A stretch of DNA of 64,000 nt from assembly GCA_052327205.1 (NCBI GenBank), contig CM126223.1, positions 43,090,001 through 43,154,000 of the forward strand. Reading direction: 5' to 3'. Of the stretch, positions 1 to 13,150 are shown piece after piece. Made by a program: the position numbers and the translations under genes. The notes below the pieces were generated by a model, which saw only the letters and a program-made list of their open reading frames with translations, had not been told where the DNA came from and did not search any database. Each line of letters begins with the position of its first letter. Position 1 is the stretch's first letter. Source of the stretch: Somniosus microcephalus (Eukaryota).

Positions 1-3000
1 GTATTAAATCTATTACAACACAGAATCACCTTGGTTAGTAAAATAGAAACCAAAAGCATAAAAGCACAATGGAACCTATTTTTGAAACAGAACGTGTCCT
101 TGATAAATATTATTCGCCAAAGGATTTTAAACAGCTTTCAGGGCACTAGATCCAGTATATAACCATATGGAGATTATAAAAAAAATCTGCTTGTAGCATT
201 CATTTTCTGTATTTTGGCAAAAATGTTAACGCATAACAAAAACATTGTTTTCTCAAACTACTGCACTGGCTGCACAGTTTAGAAGACAACAGCGGACTAT
301 AATGTGACAGAATTAAAGCTGCATTGTACTTCAAACAGGAATATTTTTGGTGTCGATAAATTTTGTTAGTATTTTAGATAGATTGAATAATATGAATTTA
401 AAATTGACTAATTAGTTGTGGTTGAAACAGACTATTCTGACTTGCTGTCAAAAGCAATATACAATATTTGAATATATCTAGATATAGCCACATTTCAGAA
501 GGGCACGGAACATGGATGCATCTGGCCTAGCCAGCTCTCTTCAGTGACGTAATTGTCTGTATCCACAACGGCATCAGAAATTACCTCATATATTTGAAAG
601 ATTAATGTATTCTAGCTTGTAAAATAAGAGAGACAGCAAAACTTTATCTCTAAATGGCGGAACCATCAAGGATGCAATTCTGTAGTCCAAATTCCGATAT
701 GCATGGTGTCAGATCATTCTTTAGTATGCCCGCCAGTACTTTGTACATCTTTAATTTTAGGTACTGAAACCTGTATTTTGAAGTCCCAGAAAGGTACAAG
801 AGCTGAGGGTTTCCCTGAAGACTTGACCTCCCTACTTTGAACACCTATTTCCACATTGAAGCTGCAAAGAGAGGCTCCACGAAAGTTCAATTATGTTTCA
901 TCAGAAACTCAGTTAAAAGATTGTAAAAAGGACTACACAGATTTTGGACTATTATTTTTGGAACAGGTTAAAGTATTGTACAAGAGATGCATTGTACCAG
1001 AAGTTCCTGGCTGTGCTTCTCTTCTTCTGTGTAATTATCTCACTTGTAATTTTTTTTATTTTTTATATAGCTTGAAGAATATGATCTACAGTATGATACT
1101 TATCACCTTTTGAAATGGAGAGAAGAACACAGTCAGCAGTCCATGTAGTCTCCAATGTAAAATACTATAGTAAATGGGTAATTATTAGACTCATGACATA
1201 CTACGCCATTCACATTACGTGAAGATTGCAAATTTTAGTTTATAGGAGATGTGGGACTGTGGAGGAAAATGGTCTTTTTGCTGTAAACAGGAATCAAGGT
1301 TGAAAGAAAAACCTGATTTGTGTCAAATAAAGACATGGCTAAAGGTATTTAAATGTTAAACCTTTTTGATACCCTAAAATATACAAAAGTGCACTTTTAA
1401 TACATTCTAATCACCTAGTAGCTTCACTTTGTTTGATGTTGATGCATTCTCATCTGTAATGCTGTATTAATTTCTCAGTACATATTTACCCCTGAATTTT
1501 ATTCCTTGAATGACACAGTAAGCACTTCTCCCTTTTATGCAGGCATAATACAGATATTTTTTAAGTCTTCATAAGACTCTTGAGAGCAATTACAAAAATG
1601 TGCAAGTTTGAAGAGGGAAGATTGAGAAAATATTTAAAAATAAAAATGTTATTTTGGCGCCTCCAAAATTAAGCCAAGGCTCCTGGCGATATGCATTCCA
1701 AGCACAGTAGAATACTGTTGTATTCCCTGACCTCTACACTGAAAAAAAGAGCTTCAGTATGACAATGAAAGTCATTTGAATGAAATATTTATTACCACCC
1801 ACTGCTTCACAATAATCTTTCTCCCATAGCTGAGTTTTTAATCTTGCCTTCAAATTTTTAGTCCTAACTACAAGCTGATTTTTTTTTTTTTATTAAACAA
1901 CAAATTGAACCAATACATTATGCATAATGGCAATATTGAAATACCATTTCCTTAATTACATTCTCTGATATTAAATGTAACCGTGGAGTGAGTATTGGAA
2001 ATATGCACTCAAATGCTCAAGCATCGGGCCAGCACTGATGAGTAGTGTCATCACATCTTCTGTATCATCTCCCATTCCATTGCTCATGTGACAACATCTG
2101 TAATGGTGAGTAGGTCAGTCCATGATTCATTGTATACCAACTTATTGGTTGAATAATAGATTTCAACTTCTGAACTAAAGTAAAAAGTAGCTAGTTTTGG
2201 AACAGAGGTTTCTTACACAACATATGTGAATCTCTTAAGTAGCTGATACCTCGATCAATTTGTTGTGGTATTTAGAGTTGTGTTATCTTCTGAAAGCTGT
2301 ACAGTTTATATGCAATGAGATATGTGCGAGGCTATACACAATAGGCATCAGACAAAGCTACTTGCTTTTGTAAATGGTTGTCTTATAATTTACAACTATT
2401 TAACATGCATCAACATTTATTAAAACTTTATATTTATATACTGCCATAAGATTTTAACTGTGGGATCCAATCTGTGGCATGTGGAGGGGATGGGAAGTGA
2501 AGGAAACACACACATCTCAAAGATGCATTTGCTCAGTGAAAACTTTATACATCATCTCCCCCTTAGTTATAAGGCTAAGTACTAATTTACTTCAAATCAT
2601 TTATGTAAACCCAATCTACTTAAATAATGTTACATGAATAACTTAAGGTGAGAATAGATTCCCTTTCCCACCTATTTATTTACATATTGTTTTGTCAGGC
2701 ATCCAGGCCACATTTTCTTTGCTGTGCAATATATTCTACAAGACCTTACCCTATGACTTAGACTCAAAAAAATAAGATCATTCTTTCTGTTCACGATCAG
2801 AGCATATATACATGTGCCATGATAACACTAAAAAAATGGAAATCGGAGAGGGCTTTCATTTAAATGGAATTTTCTCATCACAAAAAAAAATAAGTTCTGT
2901 GATCGTACAATTCAAGGGGTAATACTGTAGAATTTAAAAGCAAGCACAGTTGGTGAATTAGTTTGTCTTCTTAGTAAGAGAATAAAAAGGTAAAACTTCT

Positions 3001-3054
3001 ACAAAACTAGCACATTTTCCATGGTGATGCTCACAGCAAATCAACTGATCCCAT

Positions 3055-4712
3055 GGTCGCGATTTCGCTGGCCGAGGCGGGTTCAGGGCGGGAGAGGTTG
3101 TCGTCGGGATACCGTCCCGCTGCCTACTGAAGCATGCCGAAAAGAAAGGATTTTACGTTAATGGGCCTTGTTAAGCCCACCCATCGTGTTCCCCAATCCT
3201 ATTAGAAAGTGCAGGTCAGGCGACGTCAACGCTGACACTCCTCTTGCCGGTTTATTTAAAAGGGCCCATGGCCCCACTTCCTGAATTTGAAACAACCATT
3301 GCTGAGATAACTTGCTCAACTCCAAAAATGAGCTCACAAAGGCAGAGGGCTGCACCTCGATTCAGTGATCTTCTTATGGAGGATTTCAGAGCATGCAGGG
3401 AGGTTCTCTTCCCTGCCAGTGGTCGGAAGAGATCTCCCCAGGAGACCAAGGCAGCCTGGCTGCAAATAGCAGAGGAGGGCACAAGCAGGGATGTCATAAG
3501 GGAGGACCAGGCTGCAGTGGCGCAAACCTTTCAATGATTTCAGTAGATCACGAAACGTTACTGCAAAGCCACACTCAACCTCATCCTGCTGTGCCACTCA
3601 TCACATCCCCGTCACTTAGCCTTCCCTACCCTACTCCTGCACATCTTTACTCACACCAACTTACCTTGCACCTCTACCCATCCCTCTCTATATACATTAT
3701 TATCACTTCCCCATCTCACTAGCCACCCCTCACACTCACCCTAGTCCAATCATACCAACTAACACACAAGGGTAGGCACTTGTGTGTTTTAGCCAATGTT
3801 CATGTGAAGTTTCTGTTAATGTGCTGTCAAACATTGAAATCATTATTTTCAACACTTTGCATTCTTGGACACCTTTGGAAGTGGCTTAGTGAGTTGCAGT
3901 GAATGGTGAGACATAACAGTACCCCCCCCCCCCGCAATGGTGATGAGTGTGAAAGGAATGGCTTGGGCATTGTAGGGATGCTTTATGGTGTTGGTGTGGG
4001 GTGGTGCCAAGCTGGCGCATCATAGGGTAGCCAGGGTGAATAGTGTCAAGTGAAGTAAATGTAGCCATGGTGAGGCCATCCCTGGCAGCAATGTGGTCGG
4101 GTGTTGATGCCCTCTATCCTGTGCAGCATCAGTTGATTGCGGAGAAGGTTGGTGTTGTTGTTGGTGCTGCTGGTGTTGGGGCTGATCGTGGTCAGGTTCT
4201 GAGGACCAAGGTGAGTGTAAACCATACCCATTCTGATGTAATAGATGGCAGGCGACAGAGATGACAGAAGCAAATCCGTCAATGGTGAGAGAGGTTGTTC
4301 CAATGAGGTGCCACTGGATAGAGGGTTGGCTCTAAACACTTGCAAGCTACAGAAAGCTCTGTATGTCTTACAAATGCAGTAACCAACTGAGCTCAGAAAC
4401 TGAACAGCTGCAACATGGTATCCTTTATACCACTTCTGCAGCAGTCAGATAATCAGATAAATCAACGCAGACTCAACTCACGACAGGGTGAGCTGTCGTG
4501 TTCCCTGAGCAGTGGGTAACCCATGGGGGAGCACGTAAAATTAGAAGGTAGGCTCAAAATAGCAGTAAATTGGCTGTTAACAAGCCATTTAATTATCTAA
4601 ATTGTCTCCCCCTCCACTTAGTGTCGGGTCTGTTCTGCACAGACAGACTCGACACCTGGGAGACTCGCGTGGAGGCGGGTTAGCAGCGGTGAGCGCCGGC
4701 AAAATCCAGCCC
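3055..4712 (+). mobile_element. Internally deleted PIF/Harbinger DNA transposon with Myb/SANT-like ORF remnant
   Basis: Imperfect TIRs GGTCGCGATTTCGCTGGC / GCCGGCAAAATCCAGCCC with 3-bp TSD CAT. Plus-strand remnant RAAPRFSD...REVLFPASGRKRSPQETKAAWLQIAEE resembles the Harbinger Myb/SANT DNA-binding protein. Confidence 0.8.
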
Positions 4713-5041
4713 CATGTCTTTTTAAGGACAGGAGTGCTCTATAATGTAGGTACAATATTATATTCAGCTGTTACGGTGGAGTTGTGTTTCAGCTGGCCAC
4801 AAAGCCTAGAGGTTACACATTCTGTGGTCAATTACCATTGGTGAGGTAAGTCTGCCGATTGGCAGATACTTGTAAATGTCCAGCCAACTGTGGTATTACA
4901 CAGGAATAGTCTGTGGTGTGGATCACAGTTGTGATCTTCAGCTGCACATCTAGCTTATAAGGACAAGGCCACTGCTCAAATGCTCCCTGTTGGAAGCAGG
5001 GAATCGGAAGAGCAAATTAATTCCTCAGATCAATTAGAGGT

Positions 5042-5385
5042 TAGAAACATAGAAAAATAGAAGCAGGAGTAGGCCATTCGGCCCTTCAAGCCTGCTCCGC
5101 CATTCAATATAATGACTGATCCTCTATCTCAGTACCATATTCCCGCTCTCCCCCCATACCCCTTGATGCCTTTTGTGCCTAGAAATCTATCTCCTTCTTA
5201 AATATATTCAGTGATTGGCCTCCACAGCCTTCTGTGGTAGAGAATTCCACAGGTTCACCACCCTCCGAGTGAAGAAATTTCTCCTCATCTCAGTCCTAAA
5301 TGTCCTACCCCGTATCCTGAGACTGTGACCCCTCGTTCTCAACCCCCCCAAGCCAGGGGAAACATCCTCCCTGCATCCAGTCTGT
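5042..5385 (-). mobile_element. CR1 LINE 3' fragment
   Basis: Reverse complement of a CR1 ORF2 C-terminus and 3' tail (gggccgaatggcctactcctgct...ttctatgtttcta). Confidence 0.85.
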
Positions 5386-5556
5386 TTAGGTTAATAAATT
5401 GCTTGTAAGCTTTAGGCTCCAGATGAAATGGCTGGCTTGTTTGCTTGCTTTCTTTTAAAAAAAGATTGCTTTACACCGAACAAAGCCTGACATCTGCAGT
5501 GTTCTCTAGTCTGACCTTTTAGTACGCATTAAAAAAAAAGTTTAGTAATTACTCAC

Positions 5557-5659
5557 ATATTTCACATATTCCTTCCACTGCTGCCACCATTGCACTGAAA
5601 TCAAAAACCAGTTATGTCCAGGTTGTAGGCCATGTCTGCTTTCTCTTTCCAACCATCCA
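5557..5659 (-). CDS. USP32: USP32 coding exon (exon 12 equivalent, 103 nt), DUSP domain start
   Basis: (S)GWLERESRHGLQPGHNWFLISVQWWQQWKEYVKY; acceptor tatctag, donor gtgagt, phase 2 to 0. Confidence 0.97.
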
Positions 5660-5874
5660 CTAGATACAAGATACACATAAAATTAGCAATGGTATACAAT
5701 TAAAAGCAGGGATTCCCAAAACTAATTAGTACAAAATTACATTGCATGCTATTTGAACAATGTCTGCTATCATGGAGGCACTAATGGCAAAGTAATTTTA
5801 GACTTCGGCAAGTAATATTCCACATCATAATTCCAAGGCTATGATTACTAATTGCTGTGTTAACTTATACAACA

Positions 5875-6905
5875 AAAAGTTGTAGTAAACGAATGTGGGT
5901 CAGCTTGGAGGCGCGCAACTAGTGGTGTCCCTCAGGGATCAGTCCTAGGCCTACGAATGTTCACTATCTTTATTAATGACCCGGGCAGTGAAGGAGTGCA
6001 ATCAAATGCAAAGTGATTTAGATACATTAGGGGAGTAGGCCACACAATGGCACGTCATTAAACTTGGATAAATGTAGTATCATGCATGTTAGTAGGGCCA
6101 ACACAGAATATTTCTATCATTTGCAGGGAAAAATTATGAAAGAGGTTGAGAGCGCAAAAGTAGGCGTTGTTGTGCACAGATCACTGAAGGTGTATGACCA
6201 ATCTAGAGAAGCTAAAGCTAACCAAGTGTTGGGTTGCATTAATAGAACCATTCAGTATAAATCAAAAGGACAACATTCTGTCATTATGCAGGTTGTTGAT
6301 TGGACCGCATCTGCATTTGGTCCCCTCACATTGGACCTTTTCCAAGGCCACTATATCACGCACAGGGGAGAGCTCTGAGAATGTTTACTAGCTTAAAGAA
6401 CCATAGCTACTCAGATAGGCTTAAGAACTTGGGTCTATTTACTTTAGAGCAGCATAGACCTAGTGGTGACCTGATAGAGGTCTATAAAATCATTCAAGGG
6501 TTGGATAGCATGCCTATTGATAGATTGGGGACATGAGTTTAAATTGTACAAGAGTAGGAATAGACTGGTTGTTAGACAGTTCTTCTACCAGAGAGTAGAC
6601 ACACTCCAGAATGCATTGCCAGCTGGCACGGTGGGTGCTGACTGTCTGCATGCCTTCAAGAGGGAGCTGGACCAGTTCTTGACTGAGGCAGAGATTGCAT
6701 CACATAGAAGGTAAGTGGCTTTACAGATAACACATGGTCCATGCCATCTCCTGGACTGGTTTTGATCACGAGGGGGCCAGGGAGGAATTTTCCAGAGTGT
6801 TTTTTTCCCCCTTATTGGCTCCGGTTTTTTCCTGTTTTTTTTGCCTCAGGAGATTACATGGCTGCGGTGGGGAAAGGCAAAGGAGAGTGTCTAGTCATGA
6901 TGCTC
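5875..6905 (+). mobile_element. Degenerate CR1 LINE (RT C-terminus plus 3' UTR)
   Basis: Frameshifted [40 protein letters not shown] motifs. Confidence 0.88.
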
Positions 6906-7132
6906 CATATGTCAATTTTGTATGTTCCATAAAGACCAACTTCCATTGACTGTAGAATGCCAATTAAACATGAGGTTTCCTTAATTTGCGAAATAACCTA
7001 AACACTGTATTTCAAGCATAAAATCTTATTGACAGTAAATAACTTTCTAAAATTCATAATAAAAATGTTGCATTGCTGGAGGAGGCTCAAATAACTAGTA
7101 CTTTGTCATTTGAAACTGGGAAAGTTATGCAC

Positions 7133-7194
7133 CTGATAATTTGTCCTTCTTCTTCTGGTGTGGCTGGTCTTAGACCAAGAACTATGTGGCATAT
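7133..7194 (-). CDS. USP32: USP32 coding exon (exon 11 equivalent, 62 nt)
   Basis: ICHIVLGLRPATPEEEGQII(S); acceptor tctgcag, donor gtgcat, phase 0 to 2. Confidence 0.96.
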
Positions 7195-7981
7195 CTGCAG
7201 ATAGAAAGAAAAAGCTCACTGTGTTTCCGTGACAAGTATCTTCCTTTTTTCCCCAGAAAGAGATGTTCTGTCTTCTGCCAAAAAGACAATTAAACCTTTC
7301 ACAGCTCAGACACTCCTACATGTTGTGAATGAACTAACTGTTCAACCTCCTCTCAACTTACTGAATTGTCGCCATGTAACCAATGATTTATTATTCAACT
7401 GTTTTTGAACACTTCTATTGTTTCAGTTCAGTTTTTGTGAAGGCCTGTGAAAAAATCCCTCACCTACAAATTTCTTGTTACCACACTTGTGGGCAAATTA
7501 TCATCTGTACCTGAACTGGACTGTAATTTGCACCATTCGTACATATTCCATTCATACTCAACACTATATTGATAATCTGGTCAAAACAGGCATTTTAAAA
7601 CAGTGATTCTGGTCTTTGAGGAATACACCAGGAAAACCTCAAATTATATTTGTCAGTCTTCCTTAAAAGAGAATGACTTAGAGTTAGTTTTTCATGTCCA
7701 TCTTCAAATAAATCAAAAACATATGTATGAAACATGATGCATGTGTGCACTTGGGCCAAACAGAATCTCTGCTGTGCAGACCTTGTAGGAATGAAGGTTG
7801 AGCAGCCAGTTTTTTGTCAGTACAAGTACCATGCATACCAAAATCCATTCAAGTGTTTTGCTAGTCAAACATCTAAAGACATTTTTTAAAGGAGTATTAA
7901 ATGGTCACTGAATTTGGTAAAAAGTGACCATTGGTTACTCTGAATATTTTACACTTGATCAGCGTTGTCCGATAGAATTAT

Positions 7982-8515
7982 TCTACAAGGCACAAGTCAG
8001 GAGTGTGATGGAATACTCTCCACTTGCCTGGATGAATGCAGCTCCAACAACACTCAAGAAGCTCGACACCATTCAGGACAAAGCAGCCTGCTTGATTGGC
8101 AGCCCATCCACCACCTTAAACATTCACTCCCTCCACCACCGATGCATCGTGGCTGCATTGTGTACTATCTACAAGATGCACTGCAGCAGCTCGCCAAGAC
8201 TTCTTCGACAGCACCTCCCAAACCTGCAACCTCAACCACCTAGAAGGACAAGGGCAGCAGGCGCATGGGAACACCACCACCTCCAAGTTCCTCCCCAAGT
8301 TACACACCATCCTGACTTGGAAATATATCGCCATTCCTTTATCGTCGCTGGGTCAAAATCCTGGAACTCCCTCCCTAACAGCACTGTGGGAGTGCCTTCA
8401 CCACACGGACTGCAGTGGTTCAAGAAGGTGGCTCACCACCACCTTCTCAAGCGCAACTAGGGATGGGCAATAAATGTTGGTTCTTGCCAGCGACGCCCAC
8501 ATCCCAGGAACAAAT
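7982..8515 (+). mobile_element. CR1/L2-group LINE 3' end, 5'-truncated
   Basis: YKAQVRSVMEYSPLAWM..LDTIQDKAACLI RT C-terminal motif, AATAAA near the end; closely similar second copy at 33004-33510. Confidence 0.85.
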
Positions 8516-8862
8516 TTTAAAAATTCGCTGATTAGCCACAGGTGAGGTTACAGCAACATTGTTTTAGCCACATGCACTAATTTTAGTAGAAAATGCCTTG
8601 CGCACAAGGTAAACATACTTCACGGGTATATTTACTTAACAAATATCTACCACCTATCAGTACAAAACTTGGCTGTCGTTCTTTCACCAAAGTTTGAAAT
8701 TCTGGCATGAATTTATCTGACAAGACATCTTAGTGCAGCTTCTAGATATTTATCCAGCAGTGGCGAGCTGTACTCTGACTTCATCGGAGTGAATGTTGGC
8801 TCGTAAAAGGCTCGCTATACCCACCCCTCTCTCCATTCACAACTCGGTTGGATGGTGCTTGC

Positions 8863-9003
8863 CAATGTTCCCTGTAATTATTTTGGGGGCACGCGGCCAT
8901 TCGAAATAATGCGCATGCGCAGTTTATGCATTGAAAAGCTGGCAAGCCGGCTGTGTGGATTCCCTGGAGCTCTGCGCGGCCGTACAGCTTAAAGGGAACA
9001 TTG
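8863..9003. mobile_element. hAT-type MITE (141 bp)
   Basis: TIR CAATGTTCCC...GGGAACATTG; 8-bp TSD GTGCTTGC/GCGCTTGC with one CpG-type mismatch. Confidence 0.88.
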
Positions 9004-9544
9004 GCGCTTGCCCTGTGCCATGAAATGCCCTCTTGGAGCTGCTCGTTATTGGTTGGGCTTGCTTTCATCCGCTGGCTTGAAGCAGTTATTCTGATTAGTC
9101 GAGCTAACCACGATGACAATTTAACTCTCCAAAAAATGTGTTTCCATGGTGCTGAAGTCTGGCGTATTCACCATTTTAGCAGATAACCAATAAGCAGTAA
9201 CCAAGGAAGAAAAGCACACAATGCAATCAAAAAACACTCAGATTCTGCTTCTCTTGTTACCATTTCTCCAACAAACTGACAAAAAGGTTGAAGTACACAT
9301 TAATACATTGTGCGAATATGAGTATTGAGATCATGTGCTCAACAACTGTGCCTATTACTCATTTTTTATTTACTAATCAAAAATGTAATTAGCCACATCT
9401 GGATTCCCAATTAGCCACATGTGGCTAGTGGCTAATTTATTGGACATCACTGCACTAAATACTCTATTTAAAAGGAAATAAATCATATTTCCTGCCTCCT
9501 CTCCTGAAGGTGCTGTCTCATCAGAAGGTATGGGTGGGTGGGGG

Positions 9545-9860
9545 AGGTTGGTTAAGGTCACTCAGGTGTGGACTGCCCTCCAGTGCCTCATCGACTTGGC
9601 CATTTTTCATGTGTGAGCTCAGTCTGGAGAGCACTATGGGGCAATCGTGCTCTTGTCCTCGCCCAGCATTCACAGATGCACATTTTCTAAAGAATGTCTG
9701 TGGATAGCAAACAGGAGCAGAAACTCGGGATAGTTTCTACCCCACCCCAATGAGGCTGAGGCCAACTGTTGCACACCCGATATTAGCCTGACCCAGATCA
9801 AGTATCTTGGTACAGACCAGGGATCAAACCTAGGAGTTTGATGGTCTGAAACAAAATGAG
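9545..9860 (-). mobile_element. Degenerate tRNA-derived SINE
   Basis: Minus strand has B-box-like GGTTTGATCCC followed by TGGTCTGT and a SINE-like body. Confidence 0.55.
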
Positions 9861-10099
9861 AGAAAAATTTGGAAACTCCTAGCTGTTCAATTACCACCTG
9901 TAGAGAAAGGATTGGTACACCATCAGGACTGAGCTTAATTTTCTTTTTGGTTCAGTGCCACAGTGGACTATGCACTGACCACCTGCACCTGACTACCAAA
10001 GGAAAACAGGACAAAAGGAAGAAATAATTCAAGAGAACCTGAACGATAAACAAAACATTTTGTGATTCTTACTTGCTGGCAAACATTTTGTGCACTAAC

Positions 10100-10183
10100 C
10101 TGAAATAGGAGATTAAGAAACTCACTGGCCAGAGCACTTTTTACACTCCATATCTGATAATCTTCTAGTGTTAAATGGCCCAT
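10100..10183 (-). CDS. USP32: USP32 coding exon (exon 10 equivalent, 84 nt)
   Basis: MGHLTLEDYQIWSVKSALASEFLNLLFQ; acceptor gacag, donor gttagt. Confidence 0.96.
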
Positions 10184-11782
10184 CTGTCATTGAATTAGAA
10201 AAACAAAAGTTCAATTATCACAGAATACATCAGATACCAAAAGCACATTTGTGTAGGCAACATGTACACTCTCAGGTTTTACTTCTTAGCTTTTAAAAGA
10301 ATAATTTTTCTCAATTACCAACTATAGAATACAAACAAATGGGGAGAGACATTAAGTCCTATTTTTTGCAGTATGACTCTTTTTTTTTTATAAAAGGAAT
10401 TTCTTTTGAGTGCTCAGAATTTTTGTACAGGTTAACCAAAATAAAGTTTAAATCCCTCCCCCCCCCACCGAGTGAAGAGGGAGGGGAGAAATTGAACAAA
10501 ATTAGAAAGGGTTTTGAGGTAATGCTGTGGTTTAGGAAAAACATTTGACAATGAGGTCACTTTTATTTTAGAAGCTTTGCAACAGTTTCAAATAGATAAA
10601 AGCTCATATTTTGTGTGCATCCATCAAGATGAAAGATAAGGACATTGAAAAGTGAATCACCTTCAACATCATAAACATATTTAGGACTAGATTTTCCATC
10701 GATTAACTACTGAATGGATGTAAAACTAGCACTTAATTTCAGATATCTCCGCTCTCAATTAGTGAAACTGTTGCCATTGGGTGATCAAGTACTTGGCGAT
10801 GGATTTCACTAAAAGCTTCATGGTACATTTATAACGCAGTATCAGTGCCTCATTTATACAGCCCAACTCTAAATGGAATTCTCCTGCCTAGGAGAGAACT
10901 CTGAGCATATGTGCACAGAGCCTACCTCCCAAGGGAAACAATTAAAAATTGATTGAGTAGAGACAGCAGTGCCCTTACCCTCTCAACTTTTAAATCAACT
11001 CCAGATGGAGGAAAAATGCTGAGGGAGATCCAAGTGAGCAGATTTGACAGCGCATTAAAATTATACTCCATGCGGTTTCAGACTCCAGCTCGAAGAGACT
11101 ACTTCTCCCCAGAGCGCTCACACTGGCACTGATTGTTTAACACAAGCCCCTCAAAAACAACACCCCTGAAGGAAAGATGGATAGGATTGTGGTATGTGGA
11201 GGATGGACATCATTTGGAGAATGAATACAATCCTAAAAGTAGGTCATCTATGTTTATCCTTCATTTTGCATCCTCTATACACTTAGTGTATACCAAATGA
11301 ATGCAGATTTTGGAGAAGGGGGAAGCCTCTACCTAGCAGCCGTAACACCAAGCTGACAAAACAGTTGCTTCCTATGGTTAAATCGAGCCAATAATATTTC
11401 CTAAATGTACAAGCATTGTTCAATTTGACAGCCTTTCATATGCTATCAATGGGATCGTGATTAAAATTTACCTGGGGAACACCTATGATCATTAACCTGC
11501 CCATGGTCGCTGCCTTTTCAAGATCATAACAGTGTAGATTTGGCTATCCACAGCTTAGCCTTGGCTCTTGCAACATAGAAATTGGACAGTCGAAACTGCT
11601 CTATGCAAGACACATAACTCAGTGTTCTGTGAGCTTGTACATATTGGAACAATATTCCATTTCTGACCTGTGTGGCAACCAATGAGATAATGGGAAAATA
11701 TCTTGATCCAAAGGAAACATGGAAAACCGAAGCCAGAACAAAAAGTTAAATTCACACATTTGAAAAGTGGAAGCATTAACTT

Positions 11783-12085
11783 AGAATGATAGAATGCTAC
11801 AAAAAAACAAGCCATTTGACCCATTAAGTTTGCACCAGTGCTTTTCTCAACATAATATCCTTTTTCAAGCAAAAGCAGTTTGTAGGAGACCTCTTTAATT
11901 CTGTGATTATCTTAAACTTGTGCCTCTTAGTACCATCTCGCTGATCAATGAAAACAATGAATGACATTTACACTGTCATATCCCTTCATAATCTTCAAGA
12001 CCTCCAAAAGATTACCCTTCAAACGTCTCGGCTCGTGAAAAAAAGAGCCCTCTCTTCTCAAGTCTCCCTTCATAACTATAACCCT
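11783..12085 (-). mobile_element. Old CR1 3' fragment
   Basis: RRLKGNLLEVLKIMKGYD remnant and CR1 tail (gggtcaaatggctt...tagcattcta). Confidence 0.75.
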
Positions 12086-12129
12086 TGATGCCTGCAGGAG
12101 CCACAAGGAAAAGAAAATAGATTCAGACA

Positions 12130-13150
12130 ATTGCATCTTTCAAGATAGAGGAAGAGACCTTGACCTTTTTGTGAAACACAGCTTCAAGGAAGAGGCCTGG
12201 GAGAGATGGTCACAAGCTTGTTGGCTTGACCACTGAAGATGCTGCAGCCACGCTCGGAGGACAGTGAAGAGGACGGCCCATGAAGCTATGCGTTGCGTAT
12301 TTTGCTATTTTCTGTGCTACCATTATTGACAGAAATGGAAACATTGAATACATTGTTGTCATTAGTCTTTCAGGTGTACTGAGCCAGCTCATCAGCCACC
12401 TCTACATTGTGTATCAAGAGGCTCTGACAGGCAGATTAGTCAACTTCATTTGACCAACAGGCCTGAAGCATCACTAGTTTTGAAATCAGCTGGAGAAGTT
12501 ACGCCATGAAATACACCTCTTCACGAAGAAGAGTACTGCCAGAACTCCAGTGAATCATAGACTTTACATTTCTAGTAGATTTTATTGGCCCCTTGAATAT
12601 ACTCAGAAAGAAGTTATTCAAAAAGATGTTATAAGAGGCTAACTAGATTGTGACAACTGTTCAGCTACTTGCACACTTTTGAGACTGAATGCCGACTGTG
12701 CGAAAGCTCATGATACGCTGTTGCACTTCTAAACCTGTGTTGCTATTGAAAAGATCTATTGACTGTGGTTGTTAAGAATGCCAGCCACAACAAATCAGAA
12801 GTGAGTGTTAAGAAACCATTTGATTGTCATTAGAGTGCCCCACCAGAGACTCAAATGGAGCTTTAATGTAATGATCAGCTGAAGAGTAGGTTTGATGCAA
12901 TGACTATGCTGACATTCTATTAGTACCTGCCAGAGGAGTTTGGAGGCCTGCAGTGTCATGCCCAGCGCATATTGTCATTATTCATCATGTGTGAACAAGC
13001 ATTTTCACAAATAAATCTACAGAAATCTCCCTTGTGCTCAGGGCTCACCAATTAATATCTGCAAGACATTCTCTGGTCATGACAAAGCTGGAACCACAAA
13101 TAAATGACCTGGAAAACCAGAAGCAAGCCAAGAGCATGCAAGAAACTGAC
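12130..13150 (+). pseudogene. Fossil hAT (Charlie/Buster-like) transposase
   Basis: Disrupted motifs in the expected order: KLVGLTTEDAAATLG (from 12214; cf. KLxGxxTDGAxxM), IHCC.H-like (~12350), CEQAFSQINLQKSPLCSGLT (from 12990; hAT C-terminal dimerisation motif). Confidence 0.65.

Noticed and set aside
1975-2130. H/ACA RNA or USP32 exon 13 candidate
   Set aside because: ACA and a weak hairpin exist but no correctly placed H box; translations show stops and no exon 13 similarity.
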